From NCBI GenBank assembly GCA_964016885.1, contig OZ024742.1, positions 305,288,001-305,352,000 on the forward strand: a DNA stretch of 64,000 nt, written 5' to 3'. Positions 27,674-42,133 of the stretch are shown piece by piece. Positions within the stretch are counted from its first letter, which is position 1, and the number at the start of each line of letters is the position of its first letter. The notes under the pieces are model-generated. The model searched no databases, was not told the origin of the DNA, and saw only the letters and a program-made list of their open reading frames with translations. The position numbers and the translations under genes were made by a program. The DNA is from Eledone cirrhosa (taxonomy: Eukaryota).

Positions 27674-28505
27674 ATGATGATGCATGACATACCCTGACAT
27701 AGTAGATGGTTAAGATTCAGTCATGGTAGTGATTAACTTATGACAAAACTCAATATTTATACCCTAATATTGAGAACATGAGATAACATAATACAAACAA
27801 TAGAGAGGGTGTGTGTAATAGAGCTTAAGAAATACATGGCATCAATATAACAGTTATAAATTTTTTATTTTAAAAAACTACTGGAGATAGAGGAGGGAAA
27901 GGAAAGCATAGAGGAAGAGACAACTGATGTGATAATATATTTAATAGGTGGCTAGAAAAAACAGATGAAAGATGATTAAAGAGAGAGAGAGACAAAGGGG
28001 AGTAATTTATGTTCAAGTTTATATACACAGATTTCCATATATGCAACACATGTCCAAATTAATATAGTTGGCGGTTAATTTTCAAAATATTTAATTTAAG
28101 TTATTTCAGAGTAATGAATAATATTTTAGGTTTTAGAAGTTAATAGGTATTTGTATTAACATTATAATTATGTTTAATTTCTAAAATTCAAGTTTTATGA
28201 AAACAAATTTAAAGGATTTAAAGGATTTACGAAACACGAGAAAGAAAATATATATATAATGCTTTTATATCTTCACGAAGGTAATCTTTACCAAAATTAT
28301 TTATAGTATTGACAACAGTTTATATAATATAATTTATAAAATAATTATAGTTTTAATTATTAAGAATTTATTGTTAAATAGTTTGAGTGCCTAAAGTATC
28401 AACCGGCCTTATAACTAAACTTAAAGAAGTCCGAATTTTTAATTATATATATGTGTTGATAAAAAAATACAAAGATTATAGTTTATTATTTGTTTATAAT
28501 TGAGG

Positions 28506-28694
28506 GCGGTAGATTGGCAGCATCGGTGGAGGGTCGGACGCCATGCTTTCCAGCATAGTTACGTCCCTTTACGATCTGAGTTCAAATCCCGCCGAGGTTG
28601 ACTTTGCCTTTCATCCTTACGGGGTCGATAAAATAAAGTACCAGTAATGCACTGGGTAATTGCTGGCCTTGTGCCTAACGTAGAAACAATTATT
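28506..28694 (+). mobile_element. Full-length SINE family A with target-site duplication
   Basis: Direct repeat attatttgtttataattgagg at 28485-28505 and 28689-28709. Confidence 0.93.
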
Positions 28695-29403
28695 TGTTTA
28701 TAATTGAGGTGATACCTTTCAAATATATTTAATATAATGCAATAATGCAACAATATTGCATTATTGCATTATAAATAATTTTGGTAAAGATTACCTTCGT
28801 GAAGATATAAAAGTATTATATATATATTTTCTTTCTCGTGTTTCGTAAATCCTTTAAATCCTTTAAATTTGTTTTCATAAAACTTGAACTTTAGAAATTA
28901 AACATAATTATAATATTAATAAAAATACCTATTAACTTTTAAAACCTAAAATATTATTCATTACTCTGAAATAACTTAAATTAAATATTTTGAAAATTAA
29001 CCGCCAATCTATATTAATTTGGACATGTGTTGCATATATGGAAATTTGTGTATATAAACTTGAACATAAATTACTCCCCTTTGTCTCTCTCTATCTTTAA
29101 TCATCTTTCATCTGTTTTTTCTAGCCACCTACTAAATATATTATCACATCAGCTGTCTCTTCCTCTATGCTTTCCTTTCCCTCCTCTTTCTCCAGTAGTT
29201 TTTAAAAAATAAAACATTTATAACTGTTATATTGATGCCATGTATTTCTTAAGCTCTATTACACACACCCTCTCTATTGTTTGTATTATGTTATCTCATG
29301 TTCTCAATATTAGGGTATAAATATTGAGTTTTGTCATAAGTTAATCACTACCATGACTGAATCTTAACCATCTACTATGTCAGGGTATGTCATGCATCAT
29401 CTT

Positions 29404-29468
29404 ATTTTATCTGATAAGGACGTACTGTTGAACTTAACTCAGTACGTCTGAAATATGTATAATAAAAT
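29404..29468 (+). ncRNA. Hammerhead motif with a core mutation (CUGAUAA)
   Basis: ATTTTAT-CTGATAA-GGACGTACTG..CAGTACGTCT-GAAA-TATGTA-TA^ATAAAAT. Confidence 0.7.
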
Positions 29469-29610
29469 ATAATTGATCACAAGAATATCTATTTTGTTAA
29501 TATTTTGAATTAATATTAATAACTCTGGAAAACCTATTTGTTGAGTGCTTCCAATCTATTGTAAAATTCATTCTTTGATGTATTCATTGAACCGAACCTT
29601 GTTTAACTTT

Positions 29611-29644
<34 letters not shown>

Positions 29645-29809
29645 GTACACATATATACACGTTTCTCTCGTTCCATCTTTCCGACGGACATCTTGTTCAT
29701 GTGAATTTTGCAAACGCGCACGCACACACACACACAGACGGAGACAGACAAACGGACAAACAGACAGACAGGTGGTTAGATAGATAGATAGATAGATAGA
29801 TAGATATAT

Positions 29810-29848
<39 letters not shown>

Positions 29849-30884
29849 CATAGATAGATAGATAGATATTTTGAGTAATATACTCAAATCTCCAATATAT
29901 TTTAGTGAATATTTTCAGAAATTTCAGGGAATATTTGTCAAATCATTCTATTAAAATTATTATATGAAAAAATAAAATACAAAAAGAAGATAATGCAAAT
30001 ATAAGGAGGCCGAATCAACAGTTAGTTTCGTTGGAATGAATTACTAATAGTCTTTACAATCGTATGTTGATGCTGTTTCCACTCAAATCAGCCCTGTTTC
30101 GGTATACGTTTAATCCAAGATGTGCTAGATGCGACCATTACTTCTAGTTCACATATTAGAAACTACTACAGAATCCAATATATTCTCGTTTATTTAAGGC
30201 TATGGCTTGATTGAGAGGAAATGTAGCTTCTGTATCTAGCAGGTTACACAATCAAATATAAGTCTGTCACTCGTTTGGTCTTATAAACGTAGATGGAGAA
30301 TGTGTGTGTGTGCCCATCTGTCTTTCGTGTTAGTTGAACCAAATCATCAGTGTCCCATAAAAATATATACACACAGGTTGTGCATTCTAATAAATATTGC
30401 TTGGACAGGTAACCAAAGTGTAATACATTTTTGGGACATCCTGAATATATTTATATATATATAAATAAAGCTGCACCAACATGGTGGCATTCTGATGACT
30501 GAAACAGGGCTGTATGTTGTCAATTACAATAGAGACTGAGATTAGTCTCTAGAGCTCTGTCTTATCTAGTAAACTACAGAAATGGAAATGGCGAGGGTGA
30601 AAAACACGTTATCAGATGGAATAAGAGATAGAGATAGAGAGAAGGCTCAAGAGAAGAGTGAGATAGATTAAAAGAATTACCATTTAGCAAGAGATAAGAG
30701 AAAGATATTTAGATACAAGTTTGTCCAACCTCTTTTTCATAGTCATTGTGTTTACTCGTTTCTGTGTTAGAGAAACAGTGAGTTTGATAGAAAAGTAGTG
30801 GGAGAGGTGAGTGTATTTCTTTGTGTGTGTGTGTGTATGCATACATGTATGTATGTTTGTATCTATCTACCTAACTCCTTCCCC

Positions 30885-30930
<46 letters not shown>

Positions 30931-31758
30931 GAACGTACATGCGTGCGTTAGACAGGCTTTCCACAGCACATGTGATTTTCCCTTTAACTCTATACCTAAC
31001 GCAAACATCTTGACGCATAAATATATATCTGGAACCAAGCATTCTGAAGATGTGGTTGTGTAGATGTTTGTTACATAACTACTGCTGTGTGCAACCATTT
31101 ACTACCACAATGACTGCTCAATAATCACATCACTTCTGTGTTCTGATAACACCTTAGAAAAGGGGCATTTTACCCAAAATATATTAGGACCAATTAAGCG
31201 TTACAAAGGGAATATTTCAATAATATTTTATTGTTATTTTTTTATATTTAATGTTTGATTTCTACACACTCACACACACATATATACAACTATATTTGGA
31301 TGTATAATAACATCTGGATAACCTCACAAATCAGATAATTACTTTATGGTTACACGTGCCTATGAAATGCTTGCCCATTTACCCATTAATATTATGAGCA
31401 GCTTTTTCTACTGATAGAAAAACTGCATCAGTCTTTGTAGAAACCGAGGGTGGTCCATTCCATCCCATAAGATAAATTTTGAATGTCTGTCAAGTGAGAG
31501 GGACATCGGGATGGGGAATGCCTAAAGTTTGAGAAACAACACGACATATCTATAAATATCTTCAATAGCAACATCATTGTTCGATTTACGAGAAATGGCA
31601 GCCAAATGACATTCAAATAACTCACAAAACCCTGCGGTAAAAAGACACGAGAGGATGTGTATATAAGAATTAAAGACATTTGGTCACAAATGACCATAGG
31701 ATTTCCACCTAGAAAATTACCATCCGAGGCACAAGTCCGGCCAAGTTTGTTTGGGAAA

Positions 31759-31854
31759 GACGTATCTGAGGAACTTGCCATTTTCAGAGTCAGGTTCGAT
31801 CATCACATCGATCGTGCCTCGAGCTGGTCGCCAGAGAAACGATTGTAATATGTC
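31759..31854 (+). ncRNA. Type I hammerhead with a long stem II, in a PLE-like 3' end running to 31980
   Basis: GACGTAT-CTGAGGA-(about 63 nt)-GAAA-CGATTG-TA^ATATGTC. AATAAA follows immediately, and TCGAGTGCT is at 31926. Confidence 0.7.
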
Positions 31855-31987
31855 CAATAAATTCCATTCGTCGCAACACTGATTCCCTTTTCTTTTGTGA
31901 TATCATACTCTGCTCTATGAGCGCATCGAGTGCTCAAACGGCCTACCGCATACGGACGCGTTAAGCATCCAATACCAATTATATATG

Positions 31988-32068
<81 letters not shown>

Positions 32069-32834
32069 TTGTTGAATATGCATGTCTATGCGTATGTGCA
32101 GCCCGTTCCCACAGACACACAGCTACACATGAGTGGTTGTCCTAGTGTGTATGTATATGTAATAATAGAAGCAATTATACGTTCATGCACATAATTTCAT
32201 GTGTATTTGAGTGCGTGTGTGTGCGTACAAATCTCTATTTTCATACACACATACATATAATCACTCCTTCACACACAGACACACATATAAATATCTGCAT
32301 ACATACATATATACTCACATACATAGGTTGATGCATACATAAATAGATACATAAACATGAATATGCATATGTGCTAAATCCTTCCCTGTCAGATGCACAT
32401 TGCTCACTGAGAAAACACTTCCTCTGTGTGCGTGCGTGTGTGTGTGCGTGCGTGTGCGTGTGTGCGTGCGGGTGTGTGTGAGTGTGCGTGTGTTTGTCTA
32501 TCTCTACCTCCCACTACTCCATCATTACTGTCCGTCTCACTCTCTGTCTTCCTTTCGGTATTTGTTTTCTCTATCTCTCATTCACACATCTACACATACA
32601 TACATACATACACACATACACACATACACACAAGTAGTAACACATATATAACTACAGTTATAACACATAACACAGACATACACGCATACAGACACACTCA
32701 CTCACAGATCCAGAGAGTGAGACAAAGAGACAGAGATATCAAGAGAGATAGAGAGAGTGAGAGAGAGTGAGAGAGAAAGGGAGAGAGAGAGAGAAAAAGA
32801 GAGAGATAGATAGAGATAGATAGAGAGAGAGAGA

Positions 32835-32901
<67 letters not shown>

Positions 32902-33086
32902 ATTGCTTTCTCATCAAGAGACAAGTTGAAGCTTATAACCTATGCACGGAATTCACCTCAGGTCTTTGAATTCAAAATGAGCGCTCGGTGCATTCTTCTC
33001 TCCTCTTCCTTGTTTCGAAGTCTAACCTCATCCACAGCCTATAGATTTCTTCCTTTATGTATACATATGTATATATATATATATAC

Positions 33087-33199
<113 letters not shown>

Positions 33200-33413
33200 G
33201 TGTGTGTGTGTGTGTAGGGGGCATATTATATACATATGTATATAAATATATATATATACATAGTTATATATATTCTATATAATGTATATAATTTTATAAA
33301 TTATGTATACACATATATACACATACATATGTATATTGTATGTAATATATGTTTTATATGAAATATATATTATATATATATATAAATATACATATATATA
33401 TGTGTGTGTGTGA

Positions 33414-33445
<32 letters not shown>

Positions 33446-33446
<1 letters not shown>

Positions 33447-33502
33447 ATGATTCCTGATGATTTCTAAAGAATGAAACAGTTCTAGTCCTGTAGAATCTCA
33501 TC
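33446..33502 (+). ncRNA. Type I hammerhead with a 4-bp stem III, in a roughly 140-bp element within (TA)n
   Basis: GATGATTC-CTGATGA-TTTCTAAAGAAT-GAAA-CAG-TTCTAGTC-CTG-TA^GAATCTCATC. The tail has TTGAGTAGC (33533). Confidence 0.75.
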
Positions 33503-33583
33503 TATATTAAAACTTTTATACTCTACTATGTATTGAGTAGCTTACTTACTGTGGTTACCTCCGATTCAACCCGGAATAACTTA

Positions 33584-34052
<469 letters not shown>

Positions 34053-35109
34053 CACACTACGTAATTCAAATTGAAAACCCCAAATCCCCAAACCTCTAAA
34101 CACCACCTATCCAACCCTTTCTCCTCTCCTTCCTTAATCTCTCTCAATCCCATCTCAGCTAGCCCAATTCATTGACTGATGTTCCTCCCGACTGAAATAT
34201 TTCGCTACAAACACCAGCATCCAATTTGCTATCCTACCTTTCTTCATCTTACAATATCTCACCGACAACAACCTCGTTCAATTCTTTCCCACCATACGTT
34301 GTTTCTTTTTTTTCATTTCATATTTTTTCTTTATTATTTTGTCTTTCTTTCTTTCTTTCTTCGTTTCTCTCTTTCTCTCCAATTTTCTATCTTCATTTTC
34401 CTTTATTTCCTTCACTCTTTCATTCTTTATTTGTTTGTGTCTTTCTTTATTTCTGACATGGCTTCCTTGTTTATTTCTTACCTTATTTTGTTACTTGTTG
34501 TTGATGTCATAGTTGTTGTTGTAGTTATTGTTGGTCTTATTGTTGTTTTTGTTCTTACTCTTGTGCTTTTGCTGATGTTTTTTGTTACTCTAGTTATTGT
34601 TATTGTTGCTGCTGCTGCTGCTGCTGCTGCTATTACTTTTGGCCTTGTTCTTATTTTTGTTCTTCCTCTTGTGTTTTTTCTGGTGTTTTTGTTACTCTAG
34701 TTACTGTTGTTGTTGCTGTTGTTGTCGTTATTGTTGTCCTTATTCTTCTTTTTGTTCTTACTCTTGTGCTTTTGCAGTTGTTTTAGTTACTCTAGTTATT
34801 GTTGTTCTTGTTGCTGTTGCTGTTGTTGTTGTCGTTCTTATTGCTTTTGTATTTTTCCCTGATCAGTTTATTTTCTTCTGGTTCCTTTACAGTTTCTTCT
34901 CTTTTCCGATGAGAAGTTAATTCTTCTTTATTTTTTCTTTATCCTTCTTCGCACTATCTTTGTCGGTCTCCCCACCCCCATCTCTTTATGTCTATCATCA
35001 TCATCAACATCAACATTATCATTTATTGTCCATTCTGGGATGATGATTATATGCACAGAGAGGGAGAAAGAAAAAAAGAGAGACATAGAACCATGTCTGT
35101 CTGTGTGTC

Positions 35110-35187
<78 letters not shown>

Positions 35188-35348
35188 TGTGTTTGTGTGT
35201 GTGTGTGCTTGCGTAGTGCGCGTGTATGTGTATGCATGTGTTGTGTACCACTCCCGTTTAATCTACCTCTGTTTCTGGTATTCTCAATAATTCTGATTCA
35301 TACTATACTGTTCCCTCTTCCAGTGTTTCTATAACACTCTCTGTCTCT

Positions 35349-35510
<162 letters not shown>

Positions 35511-35720
35511 TAACAAAGAAATACGAAAATTCCTTAACAAAATGAGGAGACTTGAGCACGGTCATGTTTTCAATATACCATGATTGAAACTGTGTTCACT
35601 ACTTATAGCAGTATAACCATTCATACATACATACATACATACATACATACATACATACATACATACATACATACATACATACATACATACATGTATAGCA
35701 AACCATGTCAACCATCTTTC

Positions 35721-35788
<68 letters not shown>

Positions 35789-35938
35789 CATATATATACA
35801 TGCATATAAATATATATATATATATACACACACATATATATATAAATATGTATATGTATATATATATATTTATATATATATATATGCTCATATATATAAT
35901 GAGTAGGAACGAGGTATGAAATTATCATCATTATATTT

Positions 35939-36116
35939 GGTGGATTGGCAGTATCGGTAGAGAGTCGGACGCCTTGCTTTCCATCATAGTTACGTCCCTT
36001 TACGGCCTGAGTTCAAATCCCGCCGAGGTTAACTTTACCTTTCATCCTTACGGGGTCAATAAAATAAAGTGCCAGTAATGAACTGGTTAATTGCTGCCAA
36101 AAGTAGAAACAATTAT
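35939..36116 (+). mobile_element. SINE family A
   Basis: Matches 28506-28694. Confidence 0.9.
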
Positions 36117-36288
36117 ATTTATTATACCACGTGTCTACTCATTATTATTACTAACACTGCTTATGAAGGAGAACGACCATAGTATGACACCAAATGTCCA
36201 ATACCATGTAGTAAACCGGACCCACCTATGCATCGAGTGCTCAAACTGGTGAACCTATAGTAACTTAATGTTAAACACCATTAAACTA

Positions 36289-36338
<50 letters not shown>

Positions 36339-36342
<4 letters not shown>

Positions 36343-36470
36343 GTTTCTACTTTTGGCACAAGACCAGCAATTATCACAGTGTATTACTGGTACTTTATTT
36401 TATCGACCCCGTAACGATGAAAGGCAAAGTTAACCTCACCGGGATTTGAACTCAGACCATAAAGGGCCGT
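36339..36470 (-). mobile_element. SINE family A (5'-truncated)
   Basis: Reverse-complement match to family A. Confidence 0.9.
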
Positions 36471-37658
36471 CTGAGTTCAAACTGAGACGAAGTCATCGGA
36501 TAGGACCGAAAAATCTTCGCTCATTTTCCCACTCACTCGATGTTCTAATCAAGATATCTTTAAGATACCAACCCAGTATATATTCATAGTGTCTTTATTT
36601 TTATAACCATATTTCATTCTTTCCTCTTGTTTTTTTGTTTAGCTGGAGTTTATTTATATATTTAGTGTCACTTTCCTCAGATTTAAATATCTCTTCTTCT
36701 AGGCCTGTTTTGTGGCTGTCTTTGCCTTTCTGTCTCCCCATCTTTCTCTCTCTTTCTCTCCCATTTCCAATTTTTTTTTCTGGCACAGCCTCCTACCAGT
36801 CTCACCAAAACTCTCTCTCATGATATCTCTTACACAACTTTGCTAAATTTCTAGCCACTGTTTGTCGATCAGTGTTGTCTTTTCCATCGGCAACTTCTCT
36901 CAAAACCAATGCTCGTTTCACCAGTTCATCTCATCTCGTCTGGCGTCTATATATTTTATTGTTCTTCTACTTCCCATACTTTTACTTCTATATCTATCTA
37001 CCTCCTCTGCCTCATCTTCATGCTTTCCATCACCTCCAGCCACCGTTTCTGTTTGTTTATTTGTTTGTTTTGGGATTGATTCTAGACAAACTTAACCAAC
37101 ACCTTTCCTTTTCTCTTCGCTAAAGTCTTTTTAAAACTAACACCATCTTCCTAACACTTCGGTGACAGGCATAACGGTAGAAACAGCAGCAGCAGCAATA
37201 ACAACAACAACTACTACAACAACAACAACAACAACGACAACAGTGATAGCTGAAACTACTGCAAACCTACTACCACCTCTAATACCATCACTGTAGTTGT
37301 CATCATCATCATCATCATCATCATCACCACCATCATCATCATCATCATCATCATCGTCATCATAAACATGATCTTTATTATCATAACATCATAATCACAC
37401 CATCATCATCATACCCACGATCATCATCACCCGCACCATCATCATCACCTCCACCATCATCAGCACCATCATCATTACCTCATTAACAAAGAGAGGATCA
37501 TCCACAATACTACCGACAGCACCAGCGACAACGACAATAGCAATATTTTCCGTTTTACTAACACACACACACACATCGAGACACGCATACGCACATATAT
37601 ATACATACACACGTAAATACATACATGCACACACGTGCAGTCGCACAGGACGTACACG

Positions 37659-37727
<69 letters not shown>

Positions 37728-37792
37728 CACACAGAGTCGACTCACCTCAAACTTATTAGATATCCAAAACATCCAAACTTAAAAATCAGCAA

Positions 37793-37886
<94 letters not shown>

Positions 37887-37908
37887 TTTGTTGCTGCTGC
37901 TGCTGCCG

Positions 37909-37959
<51 letters not shown>

Positions 37960-38204
37960 TAGGTAATGAGGGTTGTAGTGCAACTGGTGGTAGTGGTGGT
38001 GGTGGTGGTGATTGTGTCAGTAATGGTGTCGGTGATGGTGCCGGTGCTTGTGCTTGTGATGGCGGTGATGTTAGTGGTGGTGGTATTGGATGTGATGATG
38101 ATGCAGGTGGTGGTTGTATTGGTGTTGCTATTGGCAATCGTGGTGATGCTTGTAGTGGTGTTGCTGATGATTGGGATGGTAATGATGATTGTGATGATGT
38201 AGAA

Positions 38205-38752
38205 AAGAGGTTCTCAAACTTTCTGCCTCCCCCCCCTCTCACGGTCACATAATACCCTCAGCGCCCCCTAGCCTCTATTTCCAAAGAGACCTACCTACAC
38301 GCAAATTGTAAATAATATATAATAAATAAAATCGTTAATATATATATAATAAATAATATAATTGTTTCTACATTTGGCACAAGGCCAGCAAATACCCAGT
38401 ACATTACTGGTACTTTATTTTATCGACCCCGTAAGGTTGATCTCGGTGGGATTTGAACTCAGAACATAAAGGGCCGTGACTCCATGTTGCAAAGCATGGT
38501 GTCCGACGCTCTACCTATTCTGCCAATATTTAATATAATTGTTTCTACTTTTGGCACAAGGCCAGCAATTACCCAGTGTATTACTGGTACTTTATTTTAT
38601 CGACCCCGTAAGGATGAAAGGCAAAGTTAACCTTGGCGGATTAATATAATATTATATCATCTCTACTGCCACAAGCCCCGTAGGCCCCAGCGCCCCTTTG
38701 GACCATCTCAACGCTCCCCGAGGGGTAGTAGACCCCACTTTGGGAACCTCTG
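38205..38752. mobile_element. hAT (Charlie-like) MITE containing two minus-strand SINE A insertions (38359-38526 and 38536-38642)
   Basis: TIRs (a)agaggttctcaaac / ctttgggaacctctg, with 8-bp flanks atgtagaa / gtatagaa (NTNTAGAN-like). Confidence 0.7.
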
Positions 38753-38883
38753 GTATAGAACATGATCCACAGACCAACGCTGGTGTTAATTGTGTTTGTT
38801 GTTTAAATGATGAATACGTTGTTGTATCTGGAAATGAGTGATGCGATTATCATAATTATAATAACAGTATTGTTTGGTCTCAT

Positions 38884-40197
38884 TGTGTTTTGGTATATGT
38901 TTAGGTAGTAGTAGCGATGTGGTCAGGAATTGTGACTGTGTTATGGTATATGTTTAGGTAGTAGTAGCGATGTGGTCAGGAATTGTGACTGTGTTATGGT
39001 ATATGTTTAGGTAGTAGTAGCGATGTGGTCAGGAATTGTGACTGTGTTATGGTATATGTTTAGGTAGTAGTAGCGATGTGGTCAGGAATTGTGACTGTGT
39101 TATGGTATATGTTTAGGTAGTAGTAGCGATGTGGTCAGGAATTGTGACTGTGTTTTGGTATATGTTTAGGTAGTAGTAGCGATGTGGTCAGGAATTGTGA
39201 CTGTGTTATGGTATATGTTTAGGTAGTAGTAGCTATGTGGTCAGGAATTGTGACTGTGTTTTGGTATATGTTTAGGTAGTAGTAGTTATGTGGTCAGGAA
39301 TTGTGACTGTGTTATGGTATATGTTTAGGTAGTAGTAGCGATGTGGTCAGGAATTGTGACTGTGTTATGGTATATGTTTAGGTAGTAGTAGCTATGTGGT
39401 CAGGAATTGTGACTGTGTTATGGCATATGTTTAGGTAGTAGTAGCTATGTGGTCAGGAATTTTGACTGTGTTATGGCATATGTTTAGGTAGTAGTAGCTA
39501 TGTGGTCAGGAATTGTGACTGTGTTATGGTATATGTTTAGGTAGTAGTAGCTATGTGGTCAGGAATTGTGACTGTGTTATGGCATATGTTTAGGTAGTAG
39601 TAGCTATGTGGTCAGGAATTGTGACTGTGTTTTGGTATATGTTTAGGTAGTAGTAGTTATGTGGTCAGGAATTGTGACTGTGTTATGGTATATGTTTAGG
39701 TAGTAGTAGCTATGTGGTCAGGAATTGTGACTGTGTTATGGTATATGTTTAGGTAGTAGTAGCTATGTGGTCAGGAATTTTGACTGTGTTATGGTATATG
39801 TTTAGGTAGTAGTAGCTATGTGGTCAGGAATTGTGACTGTGTTTTGGTATATGTTTAGGTAGTAGTAGTTATGTGGTCAGGAATTGTGACTGTGTTATGG
39901 TATATGTTTAGGTAGTAGTAGCTATGTGGTCAGGAATTGTGACTGTGTTATGGCATATGTTTAGGTAGTAGTAGCTATGTGGTCAGGAATTTTGACTGTG
40001 TTATGGCATATGTTTAGGTAGTAGTAGTTATGTGGTCAGGAATTTTGACTGTGTTATGGCATATGTTTAGGTAGTAGTAGCTATGTGGTCAGGAATTTTG
40101 ACTGTGTTATGGTATATGTTTAGGTAGTAGTAGCTATGTGGTCAGGAATTTTGACTGTGTTATGGTATATGTTTAGGTAGTAGTAGCTATGTGGTCA
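38884..40197. repeat. 53-bp minisatellite, about 25 copies
   Basis: Unit ttgtgactgtgttatggtatatgtttaggtagtagtagc(g/t)atgtggtcaggaa. The period was confirmed at 38891, 38944 and 38997. Confidence 0.98.
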
Positions 40198-40660
40198 AGG
40201 CTTCTGGTGAGTTGGGATGGGTGCTAATAATGGGAGCTATAATATTGTATCTATTAGCACCCCATTATCACATTCCCGCCACCACTCTTGTACACATTCA
40301 GACACATTAGTATAGGTTTAACACATGGAATAACCCCCCCCCCCACACACACACACACACACATACATATATGAGTTAGAAGTAATGATAAATTGTTACA
40401 CAAACATAATTGTTGACAATATAAACGAGTAAACATTTATATATATATACAAATATATATATGTATGTGTGTGTGTGTGTGTGTGAGTGTGCGTGTGTCT
40501 ATGTATGTCTGTATGCATGCTTGTATGCATATATATATATGTGAATGCTTGAGTGTGCACACGTCTGTATGTATGTATGTATGTATGTATGTATGTATGT
40601 ATGTATGTATGTATGTATGTATGTATGTATGTATGTATTTACGTATGTATCTATCTATAT

Positions 40661-40850
40661 AACTGTTTCTACTTTTGGCACAAGGCCAGCAAATTACTCA
40701 GTGCATTACTGGTACTTTATTTGATCGACCTCGTAAGGATGAAAGGCAAAGTTAACCTCGGCTGGATTTGAACTCATAATGGCAAGGACCGTAACACTAT
40801 GCGTCAAATCATGGCGTCCGACCCTCTACCGATACTGCCAATTCACCGCC
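40661..40850 (-). mobile_element. Full-length SINE family A
   Basis: Reverse-complement match including the 5' end ggcggtgaattggcag. Confidence 0.9.
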
Positions 40851-41195
40851 ATTGTATCTATCTATATAACACACCACTGTCAACAACGGACCAACACTCA
40901 TTCCTAATATTTATCTGGAATTGTGTTAATATATATAATTAATATGAAAATGAAATTTCAAGTGTGAGTTAGTATAGAGCTAGAAATAGCAGACAAACTG
41001 ACTGAATCTGTTGGTCGTCTGACATGGTTGGCGTCTACACTTTCTGCTTGAATGTATGATATTGTTTCTGCATTATATCAACTTCCTCCACGTCTCCGTC
41101 TTTTTCCCTTCTCTTTTTCTATACATATATACACTCACAGATGCATACATTTATTCATACATACATATGCATATATACACATACACTCATATATT

Positions 41196-41229
<34 letters not shown>

Positions 41230-41233
41230 AATA

Positions 41234-41313
<80 letters not shown>

Positions 41314-41392
41314 CATATTAAATTAAATTAAATTGTTTAAAACTACAAGTGAAGTCATCCTTTTCCTTTATTCAAACACACACACACACACA

Positions 41393-41488
<96 letters not shown>

Positions 41489-42133
41489 GTGATAAACCGA
41501 TTCAAATTAACAGAGAAGACAAGAGAACAGACGAAAACAAGACAAAACAAAGAACAATCTTTTCAAGGGGAACTTTAAAAAAGTGTTTTTCATAAAATAT
41601 AAACACAAACGAAAGACATAGAACTCCAGGGTCATCGGCCGTTGAGGAAAACTTTGGCAGTTTCGATCCCTACCAACGGTACTGCTAGTACACTCGGGTT
41701 CACGGCGTCAAACACAAGCCAAACGCTGTTCAATTGAGTAATAGACGAAAAATAAAAAATAAATTCATAGCAATTAAGCTATAACAAATGCACAAAAAAT
41801 ATATAGAGAGGTATCATTCGACTATCACCCTTTAGAGTTTCGTCCTTTTCGAATTTAAGTCAGTTTTTCTTAACGTTATATGGCAAAAATAAACCTCTTG
41901 TAATGACGATTGACTCAACTATATGTCGGTCTGCGGAAAATGCGAAACTATAAACGAAAGACTGGAAAACATATAAATAATGGTGTTATATACTGTATAC
42001 TGAATGTACGATAAAGTATACCACAGGGGAATACGTATTTATAGGGGGATTAATTTAACATTCGTCGTTTTTCAAGTTAACTATCCAATTAACGACGTAA
42101 AGCGAGGTATGCATGTATATATTTATATATATA

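Larger units (their letters stand above)
27564..29613. mobile_element. Large PLE-derived foldback: arms 27564-28305 and 28770-29513, plus tail to 29613
   Basis: Highly similar inverted arms of about 740 bp, each with a hammerhead motif. The tail has TTGAGTGCT (29541) and the flanks are (TA)n. Confidence 0.9.

Noticed and set aside
27564-29513. Foldback/Galileo- or Mutator-type DNA transposon with long TIRs
   Set aside because: The arms are asymmetric (one has an extra tail), contain hammerheads and vary in length between family members. This fits inverted PLE pLTRs better.
37635-38252. Gly/Cys/Asp-rich 205-aa ORF
   Set aside because: It is built from CA, ACT, GCT and degenerate GGT/GAT repeats and runs into a MITE. 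It has no domain or splice support.
38900-38925. let-7-like (AGGTAGTAG) or TTAGG telomere-like motif within the 53-bp unit
   Set aside because: Only a 9-nt low-complexity match, with no full seed context or pre-miRNA hairpin. TTAGG is not tandem.
38884-40197. CRISPR array
   Set aside because: The units are contiguous and near-identical with no unique spacers. There are no cas genes and the context is eukaryotic.
41625-41705. Type II hammerhead on the minus strand (GAAA..CCGATGA)
   Set aside because: The core is mutated, and stems I and II cannot be closed without bulges next to the core.
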